Positions 51,184-64,000 of a DNA stretch of 64,000 nucleotides are shown here, piece after piece. Source of the DNA: Syncephalis fuscata S228 (Eukaryota; Fungi; Zoopagomycota); the NCBI GenBank assembly GCA_025786725.1, contig JAHLTZ010000057.1, positions 1 to 64,000 of the forward strand. Reading direction: 5' to 3'. Every line of letters begins with the position of its first letter. The stretch's first letter is position 1. The position numbers and the translations under genes were made by a program. The notes under the pieces are model-generated. The model was not told where the DNA came from and did not search any database. It saw nothing but the letters and a program-made list of their open reading frames with translations.

Positions 51184-53926
51184 ATTTAATAACATCCAAT
51201 CTATTGAACGTGATGATGGGTGGTGAGTGACATCAAGCATCAAATACTCGTCATTATAGATTTATTATTCAGTACACATATATCCATCATTTACCTATAT
51301 CATATATCATTTTATTCCATACTACTATATATCATTCTAAAATACACTAGAACATTTTATTGTATACTAATTACTCGCTGCTCAATACTGTTGTTTGATT
51401 GTCGCTATCTTTATTATTAATAAAGTTCAGTCAATTTCGCTCATCTTATTCATTAGGCTATATAACTTGAAACCTGTAATATGTATATAATGTACTTGGT
51501 ATATTATAGAGTGATATATAGTAATGTGAGTAGAGTAGGAATGATATAGGTGAATAGAGAATATGTACATACTGGATAATAAATCTACAATAATGGATAT
51601 TTTTCTGATTGATGTCACTCGCCATCCAGTCCCATGTTCAATAGAACAAATACTGTTAAATTAGGTACTCGATCGCCAAATCACGCTAATATTTGTTAAT
51701 CAATTGTTTAATATTGGTGTGCTGAATTTAAGGCAAACAATACAAGCAAGTAATATAATGCAATGATATTGTTGTTCAAATAGCCAACGCGAGTATAGTT
51801 ACATTGCTCTTAACTAATTGCAATATGTTGATAATGTAATACAGCTCAAGCAACTAGACGACATACCAAAGCTACTGAATACCATATTGTTATTGTTGCT
51901 ATAGAAGCTATTTGTTTAAAGTTATGTTAAATAGTAGGCATTTATAAGAAAGTGGCTGTGCTTGCTAATGCTTATGATAAAAATAGATACAATAGCACGA
52001 TCAAAATCAACATAGCAACACGCTGCCCATGATACGACATACCAATAAAGTAGTATACATAATAATTGGTATGCGTCTAGTGCGGCTTGTTGCATAATAT
52101 GCCGGCTGATTTGCCAATTAACATAGTGCTGATATCAGTATTGCTAGCAACAATCACCAACTGTATATATTTGCCTGTTGATACACCATTGCTATACATT
52201 CGAGTGAGCAGATATATTATTGTAATCGGCTAATATGTAAGTTGTTATTTACTTATATATAGCTGTTTTAACAGCATCAGCAACTGTAGATATAGTTGGC
52301 TTCATTAGACATAATGCACATGCGCGCTAACTATATTTAACAAAAGTGCATGGCTTGCTAGCTGTAATCAATAGCCGTATATTCGTACGCACTAACGACT
52401 ATTGGCGCATTACATTGTCAATTGCATTAGTTTAGTCGTCACTACTAGCGTTGTTATCAATATCACAATATAAATGCCATATCCGACAACTGACATCCTT
52501 ATACATGCGCATCTAATGATACACAGAAAAGCAACACAAGTATTGGTCAGTAATAAGCATGCGTATAGCAATTGCTGCCTAGTACGCTTACAATATTGCC
52601 GGTAGCAGCCAGTTGGCATTACTGATGATCAATGCTAATACGCGCTAACAAGTAGCACATATTGGCTGCTTTATTAGAAATATATATACTCAAACAATAT
52701 ACAACAATATACATCCATCAACATGTATATCAATGCACACATAGTAACAACAATCAATACTATTTGTATAGCTATGCAATAGCTGGCATTATTGTTACTA
52801 TTCATTGTAATCAAATACGTGTCAATAGTCATTGTATGTTAATTAGTATCAATATTGTAATACATGGTCGTATGCTATTAATAAATATTAATAAACCAGC
52901 CATTGCATTAGCAAGACTAATTAGGCATTATAGCCAAGTAATAAATATTAACAAAAGCTAAATTTAACTATTTGTTAGTTATAATTGATACACTTTTGAT
53001 TAGTATTTGCTGTCAGCTTGTCAGCTATATTGGACAGCTAACATAATAGCTAATAGTCTATCAACTAGTAAATACATTGGCGGTAGCTATTACATATAGT
53101 TGCAATGTCTGTACAATAGTGCAATAACATACACTGATAACTTGATGGCTACACATGTTATGAACGGTGTATTCGTCATTCAGATTGACTATTTTATTAG
53201 CATTAATGGTGTTGTGTATTAAGCATAACCAGCATCATTGGTGGGCCATGCTATGAGATATTGTTGCTGGTTACTATACAGCCATGATTAGTTTCCAAAA
53301 TGATATTGGCAATGCCAATAGTCGTCAATGCAGTATACATCTAATGATAATTATTGCTTTTGATAAATATTTTAGTTGCATAAGTGTCTCATTTTTAATC
53401 AGCTATGACATTGTTCAAAGTGCTGGTTTATTTTTATAGCTAGAATATTAGTCTAAATGCTTTCTTTAATTCATAAAATTGCCATCGACTATAAACACTG
53501 TGTTTACAGTAATGTCTTACTTGTGATTAGCTATGACTATCATGCAGATATCTGCTTGTTCGCGTATAGTCAGGATAGTTGCATGAACGTTTTACCACCA
53601 ATGCACAATATTCAATGCTTTTAATACGCATTCATTGTAAAATATATTTTTATTTCCAATAGCTATGGCTGCAGCAAAAAACACCATTTTTTAGTTGAAC
53701 TGTTTTAAATACTGACAGAAAACAGTTTGAATTTCAAATGTAAAATGCCTTATTAACGCTATGAAAGTATTTACGTGTAAATTGGTTAATAAAAAACAAT
53801 TAAGTTTTATGATTTTAGAAATTTAATACTAAAGACAAAAGTTGGCATAAAGTAAATCCAAAGCAATCAACAGCGTTAAGGCAAGCATGGTAGCAATTTA
53901 CTATAAAAAAATATCGATGCACATTG
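51178..53926 (+). repeat. 2.75-kb non-coding segment, copy 2
   Basis: Reverse complement of 28465-31214. GACT at 51178-51181 and 53926-53929. Confidence 0.97.
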
Positions 53927-54539
53927 ACTCTATATTTTTACGTTTAAATTTGTAAACTATGCTTTATTGCCATTTAAAGATATTATAACAGTATGATATT
54001 TGTATAATGGTTCTATGTATTTAAAATAACAAATAATCCAATATTACAATGTTCATGACTATTGTGTGTCAATGGTAAAGTTTTATGCTTTGTAACTTCA
54101 GCACAGCCATTATACTATTTTATTTATCTTGTAGTAACCATGTACTACTCATGAATATTGCTCGTTTGTATCTAGTTCAATTACCAATAAATTTTGCCTA
54201 ACTTTGTTTATTGAGCCATACACACAGATAGAACAAATAATATGAGTATTTGTAAATCTATTGCTTAATTAAAAGTATGTACTTGGCTAATTATTTATGT
54301 TATTAATTACTGAACTAGCTAACGTTAAATAGATCGGTATAGAATTGAAGAAAGTTAAAAATAAAAGAGTTCAAGTATCAATATTGCAATACTACAATGA
54401 TGTAATAATATGGCGATATTTACAGTATATATCTATACAGGATAATCATCATAATAAATCTGATGACCAATATAACTCACTACCCATTTCTATGTTCAAT
54501 ACAACAAGTTGCATATTTATTAATATTATTCTAATTAAT

Positions 54540-54953
54540 TTACGTATTATTTGATGATGGTCGATGTGATATAATACCCGCCCATCCATTCAAATAACGC
54601 GTATGTTGTTCAAATGCTGCTAATAGTGCATCTACCGGTCTATCGGATGATACATCACCAGCATCCTCTGGAATCAAACCAAATACACCAACTGCTTCAA
54701 CCTATTCATACAAACAAATAGATATATATTATAATAAATAAGCTATTGCTCATAATAACATATAACAGTATTTAACTACACTATACTTGCCTGATGCATA
54801 ATTGTTTCGTGAATACCCACTAATTCATACGCCAACTGAAACTAATGGCGTCAGTAGCTGTCTATATTGAACTACTAGTATATACTAACTAACCTTTTCA
54901 AGCGCATCATTCAATAGACTCTCGCTACTATCATAACTAGTATCTGTAGACAT
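54540..54953 (-). CDS. Small (~90 aa) acidic orphan protein, 3 exons
   Basis: MSTDTSYDSSESLLNDALEK|FQLAYELVGIHETIMHQ|VEAVGVFGLIPEDAG..: one GT-AG and one GC-AG intron keep the frame. 3' end uncertain. Confidence 0.45.
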
Positions 54954-55175
54954 ACTTAGTGTCAATCAAATAGCCGTAATCTGTAGTCGCTGTATTTGTC
55001 AACATAAAATGGCTTGTGGTGACGAATAAGTGAATTGTATTTTTATATTCTCGCATCTTATTCTCTTCTATTTCCTTCAAACTGGCTGTTATACCAACAC
55101 TATTATCAACACTGTAGCCTTGTACAACTTATATAAACACGCATCGCACAGGTAACTGAAGGTAACTGATACTGA

Positions 55176-56802
55176 ATGGTGTCGGGTCACAGCTTTCTGG
55201 TGCAGAGTCCACCAGATGGTTCATTGTTGCGCAAATTAAACTATCTGCCACGACAACATGACTATGAAATCGCCGATACAAGCGAGCTATCACTACGTCA
55301 AACGTTAGAAGAAGCACTATGCGATGGTCGGGCCGATATTATTGCTCAACTATTTCCACCTGAATCAGCGCCTGAATTGAATGGTCATCCAGGCAATAGT
55401 GGTGGCAATATCGACGATACTGATGTCAACGATGAAGATTTTGGTCTTAATCATGCATCTACATCGCTTGAAGGGCTTGACGAGTATCTATCGGGGCGGG
55501 AGGCCATTTCTCAAGTGCTATCGAATCAATTAACGCATCCATCGCATCGTTCCTTGGCCATGGCCGAAGATAGCGATGCCGAAGACAGTGATGACTATGA
55601 CGGTCATAGTCTTGACTATGCAGTAGATACCGACGGTGGTGACTTTAATGATGGTGCACTAGACACAGATGGACCAGAATATACAGAAGCAATGCGTGGC
55701 AGTCCATGTGGACATGTATTCAAATCAGGTGAAAGTATTTATCGTTGTCGGTAAGTGTCAATGTATATACATATATATATATTAGTAGTTAATATTTATT
55801 TATTTAATTAGTACTTGTGGGATGGATGAGACTTGTGTATTATGTGCACCGTGCTTTAGAGCCACTAATCATGAAGGCCATGTTACATCAGTGTCTATTG
55901 CCAGTGGTAGTGGTGGATGTTGTGATTGTGGAGATACTGAAGCATGGCTTACACCACAAATCTGTACTATTCATTCAGCCGACGTTGTTAATACTGAACA
56001 TGACACAACGGGTGACAAGAAAGATCTACCCGCCATTGAACCATTACCGGAATGGTTACGTCTACGTATGCAAGTAGTTACGGCCACGGCATTGGATCAT
56101 GTACTTGATACACTATGTCGTTGCTTACGTGAACCTAAAGTGGAGAATATGGAAGAAGTAAAGAAGGATGCCGCAGTTGGACTGGCCGAGGAACAACAAG
56201 CACTATCCGATACCGATACTTCCTATATGACACCACTGCAAGCAGAAAGGGCCAATGATATGTTGTATAATGTATTGTTGTGGAATGATGAAGTGCACTC
56301 ATTTTTAGAAGTGATTGAACGGGTTGATTCAGCCACCAATTGTTCAAGACGTGTAGCGAAACAAATAGCCGAGAAAGTAGATTTGCGAGTAAGTAATTAA
56401 ATATATATTATATTAAATATATATTATACTATATTATATTATAGTAATTAATAATTACTATATCATTTATAATAGGGACGTGCTATTGTTGAAATGTCAC
56501 GCTCATTAGGTAGACTTGAACAAGTAGCTGATTACCTTAGTCAAACAAATCTTGGTGTCAGTATTCGATCAGCGCGAGATGTTTATAGAGAAGAACAGGC
56601 CGGTTGGATACTGAATTGGTTAATTGATGTGACATCAGGTCGACGTGGCCATTTTGGAAAGATTTATGGATCAGCGGGTATATCAAGCATTAAAGAAGCA
56701 GTAAGTTTGGCCTTTTGTGGTGTATGGCGTGCATCATGGTCAACTGCTTCATTAGAAGAAGAATTTGCCTTTGGACGTGAAGCAGCTATTCATGCTTTAT
56801 TA

Positions 56803-56834
<32 letters not shown>

Positions 56835-59800
56835 AGAGGAGGAAGAAGAGGATAACAAGATAGCAGTACAACGACAAGCTATTACGAATGATGAATCAAT
56901 TAATACACATCGTCATGAAAACAATATTGATAATGATGAAGAATCTGACGGTAATTCAGTCTATTTTGAAGCACCCTTATCTGAAGAAGAGTTATTGGCA
57001 TTTGATTCAGTATTACGTGGTGAAGGACTAACAGCAGCTGATATAACCACCAATACAGCTAATAATACAATTGAAATAAAGAAGAAAGAAGACACAGATA
57101 TTGAAATGGCTGATACACAATCAGATGAATTAAAAGCTGAAAAAGAAGAAGTGACGGCATTAATACGGGAAAATACACGTCGTCGATTGGATTACTTCTT
57201 ATTATTTGATCTTCGATTATGGAAAAAGGCACGGGCCTCGTTACATAATTTATTTGTGACAACAATGATGTATTCACCCAGATCCAAGATTGCCATGGGT
57301 AAATTATTATATCAACACGTTTAATATATTTAATTAATATATTTAATTAATTATTTTATTTTATTTATAGGTGCCATATTTGCTAGAAATTATACACATT
57401 TGGCAGATGCATTTTTAAGTCGTGATCGGGCACCTGAAACTTCAGTTATGCATTTTACGGTTCAACTATTAACAACACCGACGATTGCTGCTTATTTGGC
57501 CAAAGAACATCGCTTCTTTAATACAGTTATTACTCTATTACGTATTCACTTCTTACCAGAGGCTACTTCGGATGGAGATGCAGAACGCTCAATAGATGCC
57601 CATATTAGTTGTTCGTCGTCAGCCTTTACTAATCGTCGATTTATGCATATATTCCAAGATCTACGATTTATGCTCAGTTCACCTATTCCTCGACAAGTTA
57701 TTGGACATGATCCACGTAATCTACTTAATTATCTAGAACTACTTAATCTGTTTCAAGATATGAATCCACAACGTAGAGCAGTAGATCTACATGTGGAGTA
57801 TGAATCTGAGACATGGGTCAATGCCTTCCAAGTAACGATGTTACTGGCCCGTACAGTACAGCCATTAGCTCAAAGTTATGCTCAAAATACCAATATTCTG
57901 GCTGCATCACTTCAACGTGTATTACGACATATTGGTGTATGGGCTTCTGAAGAAGAGGAAGAGGAAGAGGAGGAAGAGGAAGAGGAAGAGGAGGAGGATA
58001 GCAATAATATTGAAGAACAGCCTATAAATACCAATAATGAAGATACAGTTATGATTAGTAATACAGATAATACAGCTATTAATACAACACAACAACAACA
58101 ACTCATATTACTACTTCTACTTCACATGGTCGACGTAAACCATCATTACCTTCACCGGAATTCCATACTGTTAAATTGGCCAATCAACATATCAAGTGGT
58201 ACATTATCGCGTATCACTTCAGGGTGTATCTTTCCATCATCCAATGCATTGGTTATTGGCTGAATTACTCAAATTTGTTCATTTATTGGATGAAACAAAG
58301 CTTAAAGCGGCGGGATGGCACAGTTTCCGTAGTGTTATACTTGGATTCTACCACTATCCAGGTAATTCAGTCAATCAAGTAGTTCATACAACACTAGAAC
58401 GACTATTATGTATATTCGACTATCCAATTCGAGGTAATTAGAAATACGACATATATATATAAATATATAAATAATACGTAATAATTTGTTTGTTTAGTGT
58501 GTGCTTGGATGGCCCAAATTAAATCTGGTTTATGGGTACGCAACGGATATGCTATTCGTAGTCAAGTAAGTGATATCGTTTACTAATAATGTATCAAATA
58601 CTAATAATGCATGTTAATAAATAGGCACATCATTATAGGGATTTAATGTTGAGAGATGCTGCTTATAATAATGATATATTTCTCGTTCAAACTAGTTTTA
58701 TTCTACTTGATCCAAGTTTGGTACTAGCAACTTTATTAGATCGATTTGAATTGACTGATTGGCTGGATAATCCAACCAATACCAGTCCTCATTACGACAC
58801 ATCTCAAGCAATATTTATGGTTGAAGAAATGCTTCATCTTATTATTCTTAGTGTATCTGAATTGACTCGGGCTGCTAACTATACGGAAGAAGAAGAGATT
58901 GAACGTGAAATCAGCCATGCTACAGTGAAACCAATTGCGTATTCAGAATTAATACGCCGTGTACTAGAACGTATTGGTGATCATGCTCAATTTGATCATA
59001 TACTTCAACGAGTATGTCAATTCTATCCACCAGACGGCATTAGTGATCATGGTCGATATGAGATAAAGGGTGAATATTTAATGAATATAGATCCATATTA
59101 TATTCACTATTCACGTAATCAGCGTACTGAAGCAGAAGAGGCACTTAAAGCGTATTATACTAAACAACAACAACAACAACAACAACAGCAATCGTCACCA
59201 ACTACCACCACACCCACAGTTCATTTTGCACAACCTCGTAAAATTGAACAAGGTCCATTCCGTCATATTAGCAATATACTACACACATCTGGTCTGTGTG
59301 ATGTATTATTTACCTCTATTTGGTGTGCTATGCAGAATCCACGGGCCAATACGGATACACTTGTTGATGAATCGTTACATTTAATGTTACTCGCCTTAGT
59401 AAATGTAAACACTAATATTGATAATTTAAAGGAAAATGGTTTTATTCAACACGTAACCAGTCTACGTAGAATGGTTAAACCAGTCACCGATACAGATACG
59501 GCTACAGATACGGCTACAGATACAGATACAGATACACACGAAGAACTAACAGTACTTGATCTATTATTGCGACTATCAGTAAATGAACAGTTTAAAGATC
59601 ATCACGCGAAAGCAAAGGCTGTACTTGATCGATTAGTGGCCAATGAAAGTAGTGAAGGCAAAATACAACACTCCATTAGTCAATGGCAACAACTACATGC
59701 ATCTGAACAGGCTGCACAAGATAAGGCCGATGCCGAAAAGCCTAATAAAGGAAAGCCAGATGCCAAAGCATTACAGGCCAAGATTATGGAAGACTTTGCC

Positions 59801-62584
59801 AAAGCCCAACAAGACTTTATGGCAAGATATGCGCATTTAATGGAAGAAGACGACGAAGATGAAGATGAAGCGGCTAATGAAGATGATGAAGGTCAATTAG
59901 ATACAACACAAAATACTAATGAAAATGACGAGGCTAATGAAGATGACGATGAGGATGATGCAATGGATACATCTTCTGCATCAGTTGACATCAATGTACC
60001 AGTACCACCATGGCAGTATTCAACCGGCCCATGTATGGTGTGTAAAGAAGAGACCGGTCCCGGTGATGTTTATGGCATGTTGGGATTAGTACAGCCATCT
60101 ACGCATATGAGATATACAACACTCTCAGATGCTGATCAAATGGTAGAAGCACTCTATATGCCTAATGATCTATCCAGCGATCTTAGTGAATGGCGTAATG
60201 AGCAGGCCACCGCCAATATGCGTGGTAAGCCATGGCTTGGTCGTGGTAAACCATTAAGACGACGCCCAGGCCTTGTTGTATCTACGTGTGGTCACTTTGT
60301 GCATATGAAATGCTTCGATTCCTATTGCACATCTATTCAACAACGACACCACCAACAACCAACACGTAATCATCCAGAAGATGTGAAGCGTAAAGAGTAT
60401 ATGTGTCCATTATGTAAATCATTGGGTAATCTATTTCTACCAATGATGGGTCGGAATGAACAAGATGTACTTTGTAAAGGCACGACATTTAATGCAGACC
60501 AATATGCACACTGGTTAAGTGCTAGCGTGCCCACATTTATTGATGCCATACGTGGAAATGACACGGCACCCAATACGAAGATTGTACCGCCTCGACGTCT
60601 TTATAGTCGATTTGGTAAACGTAGTCAAGATGCATCAGATAATGGTGCGGATAGTATGAGTGGTGAAGCAATGTATAACCGAGTCATGGATACAACGCGC
60701 GGTAATCCAATATCGCCACGTAATAGTCTAATTGAAGGATCGATATTCTCATTAGTTGAAGGATTTATACGTGATATATTTGCCAATTCAATTGGATCAG
60801 AAGAGAATGTACTTGAACACTTACAATCAGAACATGTGGTACAAGTGATGGGCAAGGATCCATCGAGTATTGACTTGGGGGCCATTCAACGGTCATTTGG
60901 TCGCATGACCGAGACGCTACACATTACATGGCGACATGCCGGTATTGAATGGTTTGAACAAGTGCCGTGTAGTACACACATTAGAACGGCCGATCTATGG
61001 GCTGATACGTTTGGTTATACGGTGTCATGTGCAGAGATTGCGGCGCGTGGTACATCATCGAGTGAATCGGTACTCGACACGATACCGGAGACGACACGTA
61101 ATCTACTAAGACATTTTGGTGAAGCGATGGCTACATTAACGGCGATACTAGCCAAGAACCACCAGGTAGAGGTAGCGTTGCGTGGACATGCGCTAGGACG
61201 GCTTCAACAGTTGGGCATGGTGCCTAATGAGCATGGTGCAGAACTCAAGGCACTATTACACGATGATATGTTCCTTGTGTTTACTGAACTGGCACTCTAT
61301 GCTATTCCAACGTTGAAATTGGACTGGCAGCCTATTCTATGCACACTGTATATTGCCGAATTGGTAAAAAATATACTAGCCTTGACAGAGCGAGTAAGTG
61401 ACTTGTCTGCTACTGCCACGGCCATTACAGCGCTATCGATTAGTCAGTCGACCAAGACGGCCGCATTGAATGAACTGCGTGAAGTGGTTATACCAGTAGA
61501 CGATACGCGTTGGTCAGCATGGACACACGACACTGCCGACGGTATAGACGAAGAAGAGGCTGCACTAGCAGCTATTGCTGGTATCATTGGGCAAGTGGAT
61601 ATTGATGAGCGAAGAAAGCGACTATCCGATGCACAGCTATACAAGCTAGTGTGTACATTTACACTGCCATTCCTGCGCCGCTGTCTACTACTACTTCATA
61701 CGCGATTTAATTATACACCGCCATCAGCAAATACTAATGAAGGTGAATTTGCCCAATTACGTCAACAGCTTGGATTGCCATCGTTTGTACAAGTAGCCCA
61801 TCAGTTATCTAATAGTACTACAGGTGAATTGTATCGTATGGTTCAGTATTGGTGTGAACTACATCGCGTACAGACCCATGCGGTTATTATAGCATTAGCC
61901 AATTTACTAAAAGAGAAGAGTAACGGGGAAAACCACGATGATAATAGTGTATGGGTACTGAATCAACTACAGCAACAAGCGAGTATCCAGCTAGCATCAC
62001 CGGTAGTGTATGAATTAGTACCACTACCGCATAGTATGGATCGACTATTTGAACTAACGATGCGGCGGACCTGTCGCAAATGTCGACAAATACCTGGACA
62101 GCCGGCGATCTGTCTAATCTGTGGCATTATTCTATGTAGTCAGAATTTCTGTTGCAGTTCAGATAAACACGGCGAGTGTTACTCTCATATGAAATCGTAA
62201 GTAAAATACATATACACATATATATATATTAATTAATGTTGTGGTTGTAGATGTTGTGGTGAAGTGGGTGTGTTTTTAATTCTAAAACGTTGTATTGTTT
62301 TACTACTACATCGTGAAAGTGGTTGTTTTGTTACAGCGCCTTACTTGGACGTTCATGGAGAAGCCGATATTGATTTAAAGTAAGTAAAAATACCATTAGT
62401 ATTTATTATTATAATGCCTCCTACTAATCATTATTTTATTTTATTTAGACGTGGATTGCCACAGTTCCGTAATATGAGAGCTTATGATGATTTGCGCAAG
62501 AAATGGTTAAACCAAGCAATTGCCATTAATGTGGCACGACAAATCGAACAAGCATACGATGTTGGTGGCTGGGAGACCTTTTAG
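55176..62584 (+). CDS. UBR1: N-recognin E3 ubiquitin ligase (UBR box, ClpS-like domain, RING-H2, C-terminal domain)
   Basis: CGHVFKSGESIYRCR|TCGMDETCVLCAPCF..HEGH..GGCCDCGD, LWNDEVHSF, RLWKKAR, HVEYES, WVRNG, STCGHFVHMKC..EYMCPLCK, APYLDVHGE. Frame break at ~58085-58196. Confidence 0.96.
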
Positions 62585-62858
62585 ATGTTTATATGACATA
62601 TATATATACATATATACAACTATATAATAAATCTTAAAATGAATAGGCATAAATAGTTTATTATCAACTAGTATGTGGTAAATGATTAGTGCTGATCGAT
62701 AATCGATAACAATTTAGATTCAGATCAGATTTAAATGTTAATGTGAAAGTTTTGTTATAAATAAATAAATTGTATTAGTAATCGACTATACAACTTTTAA
62801 CCATTCCCGTTGTTATTCATATCCCCTATCTTATCGTCAGTTTAGCATAGGCACCGCC

Positions 62859-63906
62859 ATGGTTCCACGCAGCAATTCTACTACTACAGCTGCCGTCTCA
62901 CCCAAGGAAATGTGGGTGTTTGGCTATGGCAGTTTAATATGGAAGGTTGACTTTCCATACGAAAAACGGTTAGTGAATGACATAGCTAGACATGAATAAT
63001 AATAATAATAAATCTATTTAACTTTTGCATTTAGTGTCCCTGGGTTTATTCGCGGTCATGTACGTCGATTCTGGCAGGCAAGTGTTATGATATAGCTATT
63101 TATTGTTAATAGTAATGGCAACAACAACACAATACGGCGTAAATGACTATTAGTCAAGTACCGATCATCGCGGTACTGAAGCGTATCCAGGCCGAGTCGT
63201 TACTCTTGTGCCGCAAGAAGAATGGTCACTAATGAACGATGTGGTATGTGCTGTACAGGACGATGGACGGGACTCAATACTAATATGATAAATAGCATGT
63301 ACAAGAAGAAGGAGAAGTTACATGGGGAGTTGCTTATAAAATAGCTGATGACAAGATTGAAGAAGTGCGGGCTCATTTAGATTATCGTGAAAAGGTAATA
63401 GTGAAATAAATTGCACACTAAATTACTGTACTAATTGATATCATAGAATGGATACACGACACATTATGTTGATGTATTTCAATCAGAGAACAGGATACCG
63501 GTGGTTGAACAGGTTCGTAATAGACATAAATAGAGGAAGGCCATTTGTTATGGATATCCATTACTTATTTATACACTTGTTTATTGTGTCTAGGCAATGA
63601 TTTACATTGGCACAACGTCCAATAGCGAGTTTTGTGGGCCAGAATCAGTGGATCAGATTGCCGAACGAATTGCCAAAGCGATTGGTAAGTTGCAAGTGGA
63701 GGGATAGAGGTTGGATATATACAATGTTTATATTGGATATCGACTACTACATAGGTCCAAGTGGTCCTAATCAAGAGTATCTTTTTAACTTATGTGGTGC
63801 ACTGCGTTTACTTGCACCTCAAGTACAAGATGTGCATCTTTTTGAGCTTGAAGCAAGAGTAAAACAATTGCAAGAGCAGCTACAGCAACAACAACAACAA
63901 CAATAA
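62859..63906 (+). CDS. CHAC: Glutathione-specific gamma-glutamylcyclotransferase (ChaC/GCG1), 7 exons
   Basis: [16 protein letters not shown]|[26 protein letters not shown]|[16 protein letters not shown]. Poly-Q tail. Confidence 0.95.
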
Positions 63907-64000
63907 ATATAGATTTTGTTATTCATTATTAACCACACGATATAACATATAACAATTAATTAGTGTTTGATGATTGATTACATAAATGACCGAATAGTTG

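Noticed and set aside
59160-59540. CAA and GATACA/GCTACA microsatellites
   Set aside because: In-frame low-complexity coding runs (poly-Q, TD/TA); ordinary.
40013-62584. CDO1 plus UBR1 as a Cys/N-degron oxygen-sensing module
   Set aside because: The enzyme has CDO1 features for free cysteine (YTRN, crosslink Cys), not PCO/ADO features. The genes are 14 kb apart.

Overview
Eukaryotic, AT-rich fungal DNA with many short (~50-120 nt) spliceosomal introns. The gene style suggests an early-diverging fungus, possibly Syncephalis-like Zoopagomycota (inference only). Bases 1-~4500 are a non-coding array in which a ~500-bp arm alternates head-to-head and tail-to-tail (period ~1.15 kb). Both kinds of spacer occur in flip and flop (reverse-complement) orientation, and each arm contains a nested ~100-bp inverted repeat. 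A gene-free zone of decayed repeats runs to ~11.3 kb and includes a ~490-bp foldback element. About 20 protein genes follow: 5-oxoprolinase, DFG10/SRD5A3, trehalose phosphorylase/synthase, TMEM256, NDUFA5, FAHD1, a two-RRM mitochondrial-type protein, TMEM19, a 7TM-like protein, a TPT/SLC35E transporter, two tandem MFS transporters, cysteine dioxygenase, an uncharacterised Ser-rich protein, ZIM17, an alpha/beta hydrolase, a disrupted F-box gene, a small orphan, UBR1 and ChaC. A near-identical 2.75-kb non-coding segment occurs twice in inverted orientation (28465-31214 and 51178-53926) around a 20-kb block. The right copy sits in the F-box 3' end, flanked by GACT. Splicing oddities include a 3-nt ATG micro-exon conserved in both MFS paralogs, 11/22/14-nt micro-exons, and three GC-AG introns. 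Gene models were read by eye, so boundaries may be off by a few bases.
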